A DNA stretch of 61,875 nt, counting the filler, from Choristocarpus tenellus KU-1152 (taxonomy: Eukaryota > Protista > Phaeophyceae), in the NCBI GenBank assembly GCA_964200185.2. It is 11 parts of 11 records of this genome, joined end to end, with 100 filler letters (N's around TTAATTAATTAA, not from the genome) between each part and the next. Parts side by side here need not be neighbours in the genome. Positions count along the whole stretch, not along the records: positions 11,736 to 20,114 come from CAXNAD020004789.1; positions 20,215 to 25,923 come from CAXNAD020009949.1; 9 more parts are not named here. The stretch is one strand, 5' to 3'. Below the pieces are notes generated by a model. The model saw only the letters and a program-made list of their open reading frames with translations. It was not told where the DNA came from and ran no database searches. Every line of letters begins with the position of its first letter. Position 1 is the stretch's first letter. Positions 11,736-23,855 of the stretch are shown one piece after another. Both the position numbers and the translations under genes were made by a program.

Positions 11736-13456
11736 AAGTCGCTCCCCTTCCTCCATCATCCCCCTCCCCCCCCCCCCTCCCTCCCCCCCCTCTCCCCCCT
11801 CCACATTATCCCCCCCCATCTTCTGGTTCACATATTCCTCCATGAGCTTCTCATGTTGGATTGCATTATCGCCTGAGCTTCCTGCTCCCCAACCTCCCGT
11901 ACCCCCAGACTTGAACTGTGAGTCCATCATCTGGTGCAGGCTAGCAGTGGTCTTTTCTTTTAGACCAAACGATTCCTTTTCCTCTTGCTGTGGTCCATCC
12001 AAACCTGACAGGTTTGTAAAAAAATAAAACAGAACATTCCCATCTAAAAAAAAAATTGCTCAAAGCAGTAGTCACCATAGTTGTAGTTGTATGGTGACAG
12101 TGCAATATTGAATATTCTTCATTACTTTCTTGAACGAAGTTCACATACTACTGTGGATTAGGGTTATGGACATATGGCCGCATTGCTACCAAGTTGGGGC
12201 TATTGGTTGACATAGTCAACAGTGGCAAAAAGGAAAATAATGTTAGGAAGTTACAATTACATGAACTTTCTCAACGTGATTGTGGTGTCTTTACACACTC
12301 GAGCATCTGAGAGAAGCTAAGGATTTCGCGCAACGGTTTTCAACTCCTTCCACCGGTCATCAGTGCTTTCTACAATTTTAGGAAACGAAGTTGGCATGGT
12401 CATTTCCCACTTTACTGACACGGTCGGATGGACGGATGGTTGCGTAGATTCATAAGGAACATCAACATGTACAACTGAAGAGCAAATAAAACCAAACCAG
12501 AGATAGAATCCCAGAGTTTGTGGGTCAAATAAATGATATCGCATGTTTAGTGCTGGGCCATCGCCCAACAGGTTGATTGATCAATGATGGAGGCAGGGTT
12601 GAGGATAACGCTCCCTTCAAACTCACCTCTGCCTCGGATCTGAAGGGCATCCTTCACCTTTCCAGCACCCCCACCCATCAAGGCCGCCGCCGAGCGACCT
12701 CTTGCTCTCCGTCGGGCACGCTGTTCCTCCCTTAGGTCCGCCAAGAGATCCACACGGCTCCCGTCCTCCTCTTCCTCGTCCTCACCCCCACCCTTTCCCT
12801 CTTCAACTGTCTCTGGTCGCCGCTCCTTTGAGTCCCCCTTCCCTTCCCCGTCTTGTCTGGGGTTACCACCTTTTCCCTCTGCCATGGGATCACCCTTGTT
12901 TCCATCACAAGCGTCATGAAGAGACCCTTCTTTGTTGGTTCTTATGTTGGTAGTTGCTTCCGAAGTACCGTTGACTCCAATTCCAACAGGGTTGTCTTGT
13001 GCTGTTGAGGAGGGAATCGAGGAGACAGAATCAACGCAAAGGTCGTGAAGTCGTGAATACGCAAGGAGTATCTTCTACACAAGATCAGTTCTCCCCTCAC
13101 GCTATTGACCACCCCTATTCTCTTATTAGGATCGTGGTGTTGGGAAGAGATACCTCCAGCCTAGACTTTGTCTCAGGCTCACAAGGTTCTTGATGACCTT
13201 TACCAGGACTACCACTCATACTGCAATGGGGAAGAGATGGAATGCATAAGAAATTCAAGCGGGAAGTTAGTCGAACTTGTAGCTCACCGCAAAAGCACCC
13301 TTCCTCTTGAGTCTCACCTACCCTACCCCTCCTCCTGAAGTTCTTGCCCGCCGTAGGACCCTTTTTCTTGAATGATACTACGACATCGATTGCATCGGAG
13401 GAGTTCGATATCCCCTCCGCATGTGATCGAGCTTCTGGTTCCTCAGTAACACCCAT
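11736..13456 (-). CDS. C9orf78: C9orf78/TLS1 (HCA59) family spliceosome-associated protein, partial, spliced
   Basis: Exons 13456-13318, 13001-12627 and ~12005-contig end. FKKKG..GKNFRRR; LLADLREEQRARRRARGRSAAALMGG; QF...QHEKLMEEYVNQKM match the family pattern (LEETREVQNLRKRPNGVSAVALL ... DADMMKYIETEL). Confidence 0.75.
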
Positions 13457-13665
13457 GGGGATTGGGAAAGGAGAGGTTGTACATTCAAGGCTTCTCACAA
13501 TTATTCAATGAAATGATTTGATGATTTGAGTTAATGTGAAAAACAACTGCGCGTGCTTCATTTCGCGCAGTATGATCAGTTGTCAAAATACGGTAAGATG
13601 TTCTATCCCCCACAAATTTCAAATCTAATGTACAAAACCCAGACTGAGGTCATCCTGGACTTCAT
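13457..13665. promoter_or_regulatory. Probable bidirectional promoter
   Basis: Only 209 bp separate the divergent predicted ATGs at 13456 (-) and 13666 (+). Confidence 0.45.
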
Positions 13666-16600
13666 ATGGCATCCACTGACGAGGTGGAACCACAGGAGTT
13701 CCCACCTGCTCCTCATATTGCAGGGATGGATTTCGAAAGCGTTAGTTCAAAAGTGGCCAAAGTCGAGGGGAAGGTGGAAAGGGTGGAGTCTGCGTTAGAC
13801 ACAGGGGGGTCCTACTTGAGGATCTTAGACCCTGAACAGCTACTGGACGAGAAACGGGCCCTGGAAAGACAACTGTGCGATCTTCGTCAGCTTCAACTAC
13901 GGCTTCTACCACCCATTCAGCACGCCGTACTTCGAGGTGAGAACAGAACCCCCTTCCCCCCATTTAATCACCCAACGATCACTTTGACTGGATATTCTTT
14001 GGCCAGTTCACTGGGTCCCACCTTCGTTTCGTGTACTGCCGATATTCATGTTGGCAGTCGTAGCACTTACCGAAGATGGAAAGATGCTACCTTGGTACAC
14101 TGTCCCCCTATGATGGATCGTGAGAGAGCTTTTAGGGGGCAAAGACCCTTGTTCAAGAAAGGTTCTGTATCTTCCCTAGGTGTAGGGAAATAGAGAAATC
14201 GCTGCTTACGCTAGTGTGTTGAGCTTGTTATCTGGGAAAGATTGTGTTGTATTCTCGTCGAGACCCATACAACGGCACGAATAGTGGCATGCCGCCCGTA
14301 CCTCGATAGCCACTGCACAAAACTAAGTACCGAGGAAAAGGACAATGGTCAATAGGATACTTGCTGCAGAGCCACAAGGCAGGGGTCCTGCTTGTCCCCC
14401 TTGCCACCGATTCACTCTGTCAAAAGAAGGACCGATACTTGTCTTGGCCTTGTTTAGCACTGTACCCTTTCACGCCATCTTCCAGGGCCCCACTAAGATC
14501 TGAAGGTCTTAGTATTGTTATCCTGGAAGCAGTGTTTCAGATGCTAGAGGTCATGAAGACTAAGTCTTTCCATTCAACATGTATAAACTAGCTTCTTCTA
14601 CGTGGTACTGTTATCTTTTTTGTGTGGACTCCTGATACCACATGAGGGAGGCTTGAACTCTTTGTACAATGACGAACGAGTCAGTGTGTGTGATACTGAA
14701 TGTCTAGCGAAAGGAATAGTAGTTAAATGTGGCAATAGTAGTGGTAATGGAGATGTCCATAAGGGTTATGCTTATACAGCTTTGACAATCATGTAGCTCC
14801 TCTGCCAGTGATGTTGGTATATGTAGGAAGGGATCGGGTACGCGTCAGAAGCGGAAGTTATGATCTCGTGTGCATCTGTTGCCATACCCTTTTCATAACT
14901 TATTATTGAACATCACCCTCAATCATGGACCACTCTTGAATGCAGGCCTGACAGGTGGGAAATAACGGTTTGGGAATCTTCTGGTTGAACATCTTTTTGA
15001 GTGAGTATGATCGAAATGATAAAATATGCCCCCCTGCCCCCCTCCATAGTATTGTAGTATTTATCTAAAGACAAGAACATAATCAGGGGTGATATATCCT
15101 CCACTGCAGGGCAATCAGCACCATGGCATGTTGCCAGCAGTATGGTGAAAGGATACTGCCTTCTGGTGCCAAGATTTTGCATTTGGGGAGTGAGAAGGGT
15201 ATTGCATCTTGGTTAAATACAGTGTGTGGGTGTTTGAAGTTTAACTCTTTCATAACAACATTTACCCCTTGCTACTCCTGCAACAATGCTATCTAGGACC
15301 AAACCTGGTCCAGTCCCTACCCACTGGAAAGTAAAGCCTTCTATGTTTCCTCAACACCTAGTTGAGATGCCTACTTGATTAATGCAGTGGCACAAGAAAA
15401 ATCCCCTCTCACCCCTGCTTCAATGCCAATATCACATAAAAAATCTTCATAAACAGGCAACATGCATCTTGGGCATGGATCCCAACAGATCCAAGATCAG
15501 TGGGTGCAAAGATCTTATGCCGGATCCTTGCCCAACACAACACAGCAGCCCAAGGTCTTCAATGGTGATGGCCTTCCTGTCACCATGGAACAGAGACCCC
15601 TCATTCACCATTCGCACCACTCTATCTCTGATGTTGGTGCTAGGCTCAAAGAAGATGGAGTTGTCACAGATGACAACAAACAAACTAGTTGGGGCAATCG
15701 TAAAGGTCTTGTGGGGCAGCTCTCTCACCGTTGTCCACCTGAAAATAGCCTTGTATCATACAGTGAAAGGCCAAATGCCATTTCTAAGGTGCACGCCTTC
15801 AGTGTTGGGACAGATGTAGCGCGATCGCCTTCCAATGACGCCTGCTCAGATGTTGGAGTAAGTGGGAGGAGGCCTGTGGGGAACTCAGCTGCTGCTGACG
15901 CTACCTTAGCTGCACATCAGACGCAACAAGAGTTGGTGCAATCACTTTCAGCATCCTTGGTAGAGCGACCGCCAAAGGGTATTCGGCTGAACTACAAGGG
16001 GCCTGTAATCAGGCACATCATCGCATTGGCGGTAAGTGTGTGTTTGTTGGATTGATTGAGAAGCCACCACTTTTGTAGGGTAAAGGTTGTGCCTTTATTG
16101 TACTTACAGGGGAATTGAATGCACCCTGTTGGTTTTGAATGCCACCCATGCATATGTGGGATGTGTAATGTCGGCAGACGTGTATGCTTCGTGGTGTGTG
16201 ATTTGTTAGACTGGCTAGATATACCCATCTGGCTGACAACTATTCAGATGCAGTTCAATTTGTAATTTCTTGCTGTTGTCTGTGTTACTGTGAATTAAGC
16301 ATGTCTCTCTGCAAGTGAGCCCACAACAATATTCAGGTACATTGCAAGGCAAGTTCGTCCCATTAGCTATGAATCAAATCCACGCCATTGTGTTTGCTTT
16401 GATCCTACCTTCCATAGCATATCCCAACCCTTTTTGGATCTTCATGTTGTTTGTACGCTCTTCTAACCCTAACCATTTCAGTGTCTTGTTTCATGGCACC
16501 ATTAAAGATAGAGGTGAAGGTGATAGGGGATAGTGTAGTGAGGACAAACACATGTCTTGTTTGCTCTGATATTTGAGAAGCAATTTAATGGGAGTATAGT

Positions 16601-17737
16601 TTGATTCCAAACATGTCCCCTGTCAATATTGGTGTACCTTAAAAGTGACCACAATCTAACTACACAACACCTAGTGTTGTGCTACCACTTGACACCAAAT
16701 CCATGTGGCTGCTCTTTGCCATTTCACGTCATCAACCTGCAGTGTTTCAGGCACAAAGTTTGGGATATGAAGAGGGGGCTTAAGTGTGAGACGTGGAAAG
16801 CTGTATTGGAGGCGGTCAACAGCATGCCAGAGATGAAAGAGATTGGATGCTGCTCCCTCCAGGCACTAAAGAATTGCTACAGTCATATGAAGGACGAAAT
16901 GAGAGGAATAAACGGGGTTGTGGGATGGCGAACGCGAGCTGACAATACTAAGACCATAGAGGACTGGATGCCGATTATTGTGGACTGTTTACATGCTGAG
17001 GAAAACTTGCTAGCAAAGGAGCAGCAGGTGAGTCATGCACGGCATGAAGATATCGATCTTTCATCTTGGACAATGAAGTGCCAGTGTTTGTCAGTCTCAG
17101 CCAATTGGATGCATCTACTCTTAATTTTTTTTCTTATATATATATATGTATATACTTCCCCTACACCGTTGTTCATGTTGTGATTCAGGCCAAGGGTCCA
17201 AAGATAATGGTCGTTAGGAGTGTGGAGGCATCGCGGAGAGGTTTAGCTGGAGGAGTGAGAGCAGGTCAAGAGGGGATGGTTATAGAGAACACCTGTGATG
17301 CTGAAGCAGAAGAGGTTGGTTTCAGAACAGCAAAATTGGACAGCAGCATGAGAGTGGAAGCTAATGAGGGAGGACATTGTTCCGCAGGGATAGAGGTTAA
17401 AGGGAAGGGGAAAGCAATGGGCAGCAATAGTGGTAGCGGGGGTGAGACAGGGCAACATATAGAACAAGCAGTTGCACCCTTTAGAGGCCTGAGTGAGAAG
17501 CTTTCTGGTGGGGATGACAGTGTCTCAACAGTGGTGCTAGAAGATCAACGTGGGTTGAAGAGAGGTGCCCCTGCTAGTGCTAGTGCTAGTGCTGCTGCTG
17601 CTGCTGGTGAAGCAGCTGTTCGTGCCATCAAACCATTGTATCACACTGGGGGTATCCGGAAGGGAGACCACCGAAAAACGTCATCTGTTGGAAGTCCTGT
17701 CGGGATAGGTATATTGAGCACAGGTCCAAGGACTTGA
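13666..17737 (+). CDS. Uncharacterised protein: N-terminal coiled coil, disordered linker, Myb/SANT(MADF)-like domain
   Basis: Four phase-consistent GT-AG exons 13666-13936, 15457-16031, 16743-17027, 17189-17737. Central RLNYKGPVIRHIIALACFRHKVWDMKRGLKCETWKAVLEAVN..CSLQALKNCYSHMKDE has a trihelix Myb/SANT-like pattern. Confidence 0.65.
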
Positions 17738-19820
17738 TCGTAACTTGTTCAAGCAAGGCAGGAAGATTGATTCACAATGTTTGGATACTGAATGCAACCG
17801 GACATATTGAACTGGGTGTAGGGGCATCAGGAAATGGTATTGTTGGAGTGAGGTGAAATAACAAGAGTATAGGTAGCTATGAGATCTTAGGGTAGGGGAT
17901 AGTTGAGGTTGCAGGGCAAGTGCGTCCTATTGGCTCAGTGTGACACATATATGGTATTTTATTGGTGTAAAATGCTGCCTTTCGAATTATGTCCCGTGCC
18001 TCCTGAATCTTATTGTTACTCTGAAGTATCTATCTTGGTGGGGTTGGTGATTTGTCCCTCAAGGCTAAGAAGCATACCTACTGCCAAAGCTGCTCTTCAC
18101 AGATATAGCATTGCCATTTGCATATGTTAATGGTGCTGGCATTCCCACGTGTTTGGCCGCCCAAGGGTTAGGATACCCGAAATAGTGACATGTTGACTTG
18201 CAGAGGAAGTAGCAACAGGAAGAGTGTACTTGCTAGTAGGGTTCTCGTTATGTAGGAAGAATGTATCTCATGGATATTGAGAGATGTCAACTCTATTATT
18301 TGATTGTGTTTTTTGGTTTGAGAAATGTTAAATTAACTTGGAACCCTTGTTTTTATTGGTTGCGGATTCATAAACATATACTATATACTCTGGAGTAGAA
18401 AGGATATTATTTTGTTTTGGCAAATGGACAAAGATCCATTTGGTAATTACTTGCTCATATGTGTCTTTAGAGGAGGATTTTTTTAATTGTCCCAGTCCCA
18501 CATTTTGTTTTGTCGGCCTCAAGCTGCTGCTAGTGTTTGTAGCCTATACTGTGCACAGGAGTAGTTCTTTGTTGAGATTGCACTACAACTCTGTACAGTT
18601 GGGTCTTCCGTTGTGTATTCTTATTGATTTTTGGGCATCTCCTGTTGCCGGATGTTTGCTTTTGTATGTAAAAGGAGGAGACAGAGAGATGTCATTTGTT
18701 GCTCTTGCTTGTTGCAAGTGTTGAGAGTGTGTTTCATCGCATTCCATCTCCGTCCTCTGTTCCCCCCTATTTTGCAGCAGTGATCTGTCACTTACAGGTT
18801 GTATTTGTAGTGATCTGGGGTGAGCGTTTGTTTTGTCACTCCTTGACGTTGATCTTGAGCGAACAGGATCATATCCTCACTTGGTGCTGTTGAAGGGGTA
18901 AAGCTCATCATCATAATATTCATTACATACAAATCTTCTGTTTCTTTTTGCTTGATGCTACTCCTCTCCTCCCATTTCATAAAGAGGTCACTTGCATTTG
19001 AAAGGGTCATCTAGGTAGACTGCTCTCTGATAAGCGACTGGTGGACTGAACAATATGATGCAAATCCCTCATGATGTGTGATTCTCCAAAATATAAAATA
19101 CTGTCAACAGTTTCTTGCTCAGTCATACCTTATCGTTGCACTGACTAATTCTGAACTTCAACCCTATTTCTTTCCCTGCTCTAGGACAGTCCAGAGACAC
19201 CCTGCATATTAGCTGACACGCACATACAGCAGTGGTATTGAGAGGAAGGGAATATAAAGTTCTTGAATGCCACCTAATGGGAGAAATGTAATGACAGTGT
19301 ATTTCAGGAGAAACAATTTATATATCATTCTGGTAACATACATAATGTATGCTAAGGGTGGTGAGAACCCGGTTTGCATAATAGCCGAACAGTGTCCTAC
19401 CAGCGTACCTCCTGCACACCTTGGCCATGCCTGTGCAACAAAAAGGCTGACGTATCATTCGTGACATCACGCCAGAACCATCACATATACTGGGCATAAA
19501 TGTCGATCTAGTCTCTACATTCATGGAGTTTTTGGCATCATTTATCCATATGAAGACGATGAGATTAAGAGGCTGTGCTTTGATTGTCACACTCTCGAGG
19601 AGGAAAAAAGCCACAAGAAGGGCACCAGTGATGATGAGACTATCTTTGTGTCAAGGACTTCTTAACCTCCAACTGGAAACAACCTTCTTGTCGCCGACTA
19701 GTTACAGGTGTCTGGTATAGGATTGACTTTGGGAGAAATTTCCGCCAACAAGGCTGTTAGGGGCAGTGCCTTGCCTTGCATGACAAGGTGCAAGGGGAGG
19801 TTTAAGGACACATCCGGTGG

Positions 19821-19975
19821 CATAGAAAAAAACAATTATCTTTGGCCCAGAAAGCGATGCGCTGCAACTGCTAGGTGGACACAAGATGAACCAAGTCAGC
19901 ATAGCAGAGCGATATGGTGTTGGTGTGAGGAGAACCGCACACATTGGAGATAGCAAGAAAGAGTCTCGGAAGTAG
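19821..19975 (+). pseudogene. pogo/Tigger (CENP-B-type) transposase N-terminal HTH remnant
   Basis: HRKKQLSLAQK [frameshift] DALQLLGGHKMNQVSIAERYGVGVRRTAHIGDSKKE* fits the HTH_psq/CENP-B_N pattern. Confidence 0.6.
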
Positions 19976-20080
19976 GTTCTTGCAAGTAGAAAGAACAACG
20001 AGAATACAGTTAGGAGACCACGGCACCCAGAGCTAAGCTCTTACAATAGCTATGTGTGTCTTGTAGTACCACTGTCTGTT

Positions 20081-20114
20081 GGCCCAAAGTATCTGAGGGG
20101 GGGGGGGACTACAC
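20081..20114. mobile_element. MITE family C terminus at contig end
   Basis: GGCCCAAAGTATCTGA-polyG-ACTACAC is the reverse complement of the GTGTAGAC-polyC end of the 4702 copy, plus the TIR. Confidence 0.75.
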
Positions 20115-20812
20115 NNNNNNNNNNNNNNNNNNNNNNNNNNNNNNNNNNNNNNNNNNNNTTAATTAATTAANNNNNNNNNNNNNNNNNNNNNNNNNNNNNN
20201 NNNNNNNNNNNNNNGCCCACCTTCCCCACCCAACCAGAACCCCCCCCCCCCCCCAATAAAAAAAATAATATATATTTATACATATATATCAACTCTCTGC
20301 CTCGGCACAAACTCAAGACCCGATGCAATGATCACGATAAGGCGGTGGTGACTCTTGAATCTAAGATTCATAAGAGGAATACATTCCCCGAAAAAGGCAT
20401 CAAAAAAGATTTCCGCTTCCTTGAACAGTTGACTCCCACATCCACAAACACACACTGTTGTGGTCCACTACTGTTCTGGGAGAGGTATAACATGTTTATC
20501 AGCTAGTTTGTGGAACTATTCACAGGTTCATAAAATCGAACGCTGACAGGTGAACAGCTGTATCGGATCACCAATCCCCCTGGCACACAAGAAGATACAA
20601 ATGGAGTATCGACACAGTAGAAGAGTCCAAAAAAGTATTAAGAAGCAAATACAGAAAAGAGAAGAGTCCCCATCACCACCCCTCTCACAGCCTTCGCCCT
20701 CTCTATACAATTGCTGCATTTTTTTTTTAAAAAGACACTCAAGATTTTATCTCGAACCAAATGCAGCGATTAGTACTAACCCCCTCCCCTGCCCCAAAGC
20801 TGAGTGAGTCAC

Positions 20813-20899
20813 CTGTTCCACTGCAGCTTGCCAGTCGATGATGACCACATCATTTCCAACTCCTAGCTTCATTCCGATAATCCCCTCTGCCTCTTCCAT
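20813..20899 (-). CDS. First exon of a probable histidine phosphotransfer (HPt) protein
   Basis: ATG-initiated 87-nt exon MEEAEGIIGMKLGVGNDVVIIDWQAAVEQ ending at a CAG|GTGACT donor. 'IIDW..A.EQ' is the start of stramenopile HPt domains; the phospho-His exon is not on the contig. Confidence 0.5.
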
Positions 20900-23680
20900 T
20901 TTTGAACCCTGTCGAAGAACAAAACATGTGTTTTAATGTTTTAATGTGTTCGCGGGTGTGTGTATCGGCACGAACGGATCGAGTCCGGCAATTAAAATAA
21001 AAAACTTGACTTGTTGGTGGCGTCATTTTTCACCGCAATCAAAAGAAAAAATATGTATGTATATTTCAACTTGAATTTTTTTGTTCTTTAAAAGAGGGAA
21101 ATTATCACACACTATTAACTGACGGAAGTAGTCGAGAGCACTAATATCTACACTTGGTCATTGACTACACCAAAGGAGTACAAAAAAAAAAACATGCTCT
21201 AGGGCTATCGTATTTCCCAAGGGACATCTTGATCCAATCGAACTCAAGTCAAAATTATACTGCATATGATCTGGAACCTGGGCCGGTGGAACTTTCAGTC
21301 AATAGGGAATTTTTGAAAAGCTAAATAAACCGCAATAAGCCAGAGCATTACTGCATGTTGCTTCAAGTCTTCTTGTTCATTGACACGGTCGCATATGCCG
21401 GCGAGCTCCCTGAGCGCCATGCACACTAGCACCAGCAGCAAAATCGCTTAGCAAGTTTTGCAAACTGAGCATAATATTGGGGGGAAGAGTGGTAGTGGGC
21501 TTTTAGGCAACATGTCACCCCAGATAAACCTCACCAATACTTGAGACTTGTACTGAGCCAATGCAGCACTACAGACTCAATACACCAATGTACCTGACTC
21601 GAAGTCCTCCCGGTTTGGCACCCAAGTTAACCTAATCAGCTTGCCTCTTCTTACTCATATCCCACTCAAAAATGGGTTTGAGGCAACATGGATACCATAC
21701 CCAAAACTAAACTATCCACCTGCGGGAGATTAAATTGGTGCTATTGCTCACTTCCAACATCGGTCTTTTCATGCGTCCAATCATTGATGCAGATAATTCA
21801 CAAGCAAACAAATCTCGGTGGCAACTTCATCGCAACACAAGACATTGAGGAACGAAGTGGCTAGAATGCAACAAGAAGTCTACAGTCTCAGGTGTTATCC
21901 ACTGCACAGAAGTATGCTTTGCTTGCTCTGTAGGTGGTAATCCGATCGATGATCAGGGTTCCTTTATGATAGGTCGACCAAACCGCCTCAAGAGACTCTA
22001 CCCCTCCACCTACTCAGGTTTCTCAACAAAACAAAAAACTAGGAAGGAAACGAAATCTAACAGAGGCTGCCATCACTCGTGACTAAGAACAATGTCGTTT
22101 TGAGTGTTCAATTATCACACTCGAATCGAGGGCAAACTGGTTTACAGGTGATCACTCATGTCACAAGTTATCTCTACTAACAGGCTCCACCAAATGTAAA
22201 TACACGGCACTAGTCCACTCGGGCTGACATAAGGAGATACGCCAAAACGTGCTCAAAATTAAAATATCCTGTTCATGCAATTTTTCAGCCAAGAGTGGTT
22301 GTGTAGAATAAAAACTGCGATGATGACGCAAACATGTCCACCACCCAAGGACAGATAGTGGAGAAGACGTAACGTGTCATTCATGTCCACACAGAGATCT
22401 ATGCTACGCACGCATGGGATGATGAAGGGGTTGTGTGTGGACGAGGAACAAACGTTTCTCCAACCTGAACAGCGGATCCCTGCGGTGAGCGCTGGGCGAG
22501 CGATGAATCCTCTTGGGTTGGCGAGGAGTTTGACACGCCTGGAGCAATACCGTTAGCTGGAAGAGATTCCTGTTCCACAGGCGTCTCTCTCTCTTTTCCC
22601 TCGTCAGGTGCGGTGCTATTTACTGGATTGGGTATAGCAGCTGAACGATGATCTTCCTCCCCCACAATCACAGCCTCACGAAACTCAGTCAAGGCAGGAG
22701 GGAGGATAACCCCAGAATTGCCAGATATCTGCATTCGAGATTCCACGTCCCCCCATCAGTCAGTGGCAGGGTGTATACTTGCATCGCTGTTGTGCCAGGT
22801 CAGATCATCAGCACAGCTTGCAGGTCATTGCATGGGCGGATAAATTGTGACTCCACAACTGCTGGCAGTAGCATCGATTGTAGCATGTAAGACTGTACAT
22901 ATTCAAGGGCCGTAGGGACAGTATAGACCAGAGCCCACGACAATCACCAAATATATTCTTAGGGACTGCGGGGACAATATATTTGGATTGAAAAAAGTAC
23001 GGCTGAAGATGTGTATCATATTTCAAAGGTGTAGTTCGATCAAGAGGAACTTAGGGATGGCGCTCATTACTTCGTCACAAGATCTTTCAGAGGGAGACAT
23101 GAGGAAGAAAGCCAACAAGGCAATAAGAGATTGTAACGTGGGGGACGCCCTCACAGCGTCCACTATTTCCTGCTGAGTAATATAAAGCTAAGACCAGCTA
23201 TACATTGATTGTAAAGACATCACTTTACTTGAGAGTTCAGCCTCCTGATTTTTCACCTCTTTCGTTTGGGGGGGTAGGTGGTCAACCTCCCCCTTGGTAC
23301 CTCTGCTCAAACAAGAACCAATGGTGAGAGTACTTTGCAACACCCCCCCTGCCCGGTCCGAGCAGAGAGAGTTTACAGTTAAATCCTACTCTACCTGGGT
23401 TCCAGTCCAGGGTCAATGGGATAATGTTAGATAGGATTTATGTGATCGTTCTAGTTTCTTGGATGACTTCATACGTGAAACCAACCAACATGAGATGAAA
23501 TTGAATTTGATCTTGATTGACATGAATTAATATATATTATAGAAGAATAGTATACGTAGTCGTATGTTGATTGAGAGTACAGAAGATGTGGTTGGTAGAC
23601 GAGACTACAACCACAATCTCTTAACAAAAGAAATGAAATATGTACTTCAGATATTCAACTAGAGGAATCAAAATTATATA

Positions 23681-23855
23681 TTATATTATTATGCCCTCTA
23701 ACATTTTGCAGATAGATGTGTCAGGGGGGAAACCAATGAAAACTATACATATACATGTCATTGGTTTCCCCCTGACATATATACTGACATATATAAATGT
23801 CATTGGTTTCCCCCTGACACATCTGCAAAATGTCAGAGGGCATAATAATAAAAAT
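23681..23855. mobile_element. Head-to-head pair of CRE-like LINE 3' tails (palindrome)
   Basis: Left arm ttattatgccctctaacattttgcagat..gtgtcagggggaaaccaatga is the reverse complement of right arm tcattggtttccccctgacacatctgcaaaatgtcagagggcataataataa. Confidence 0.75.
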
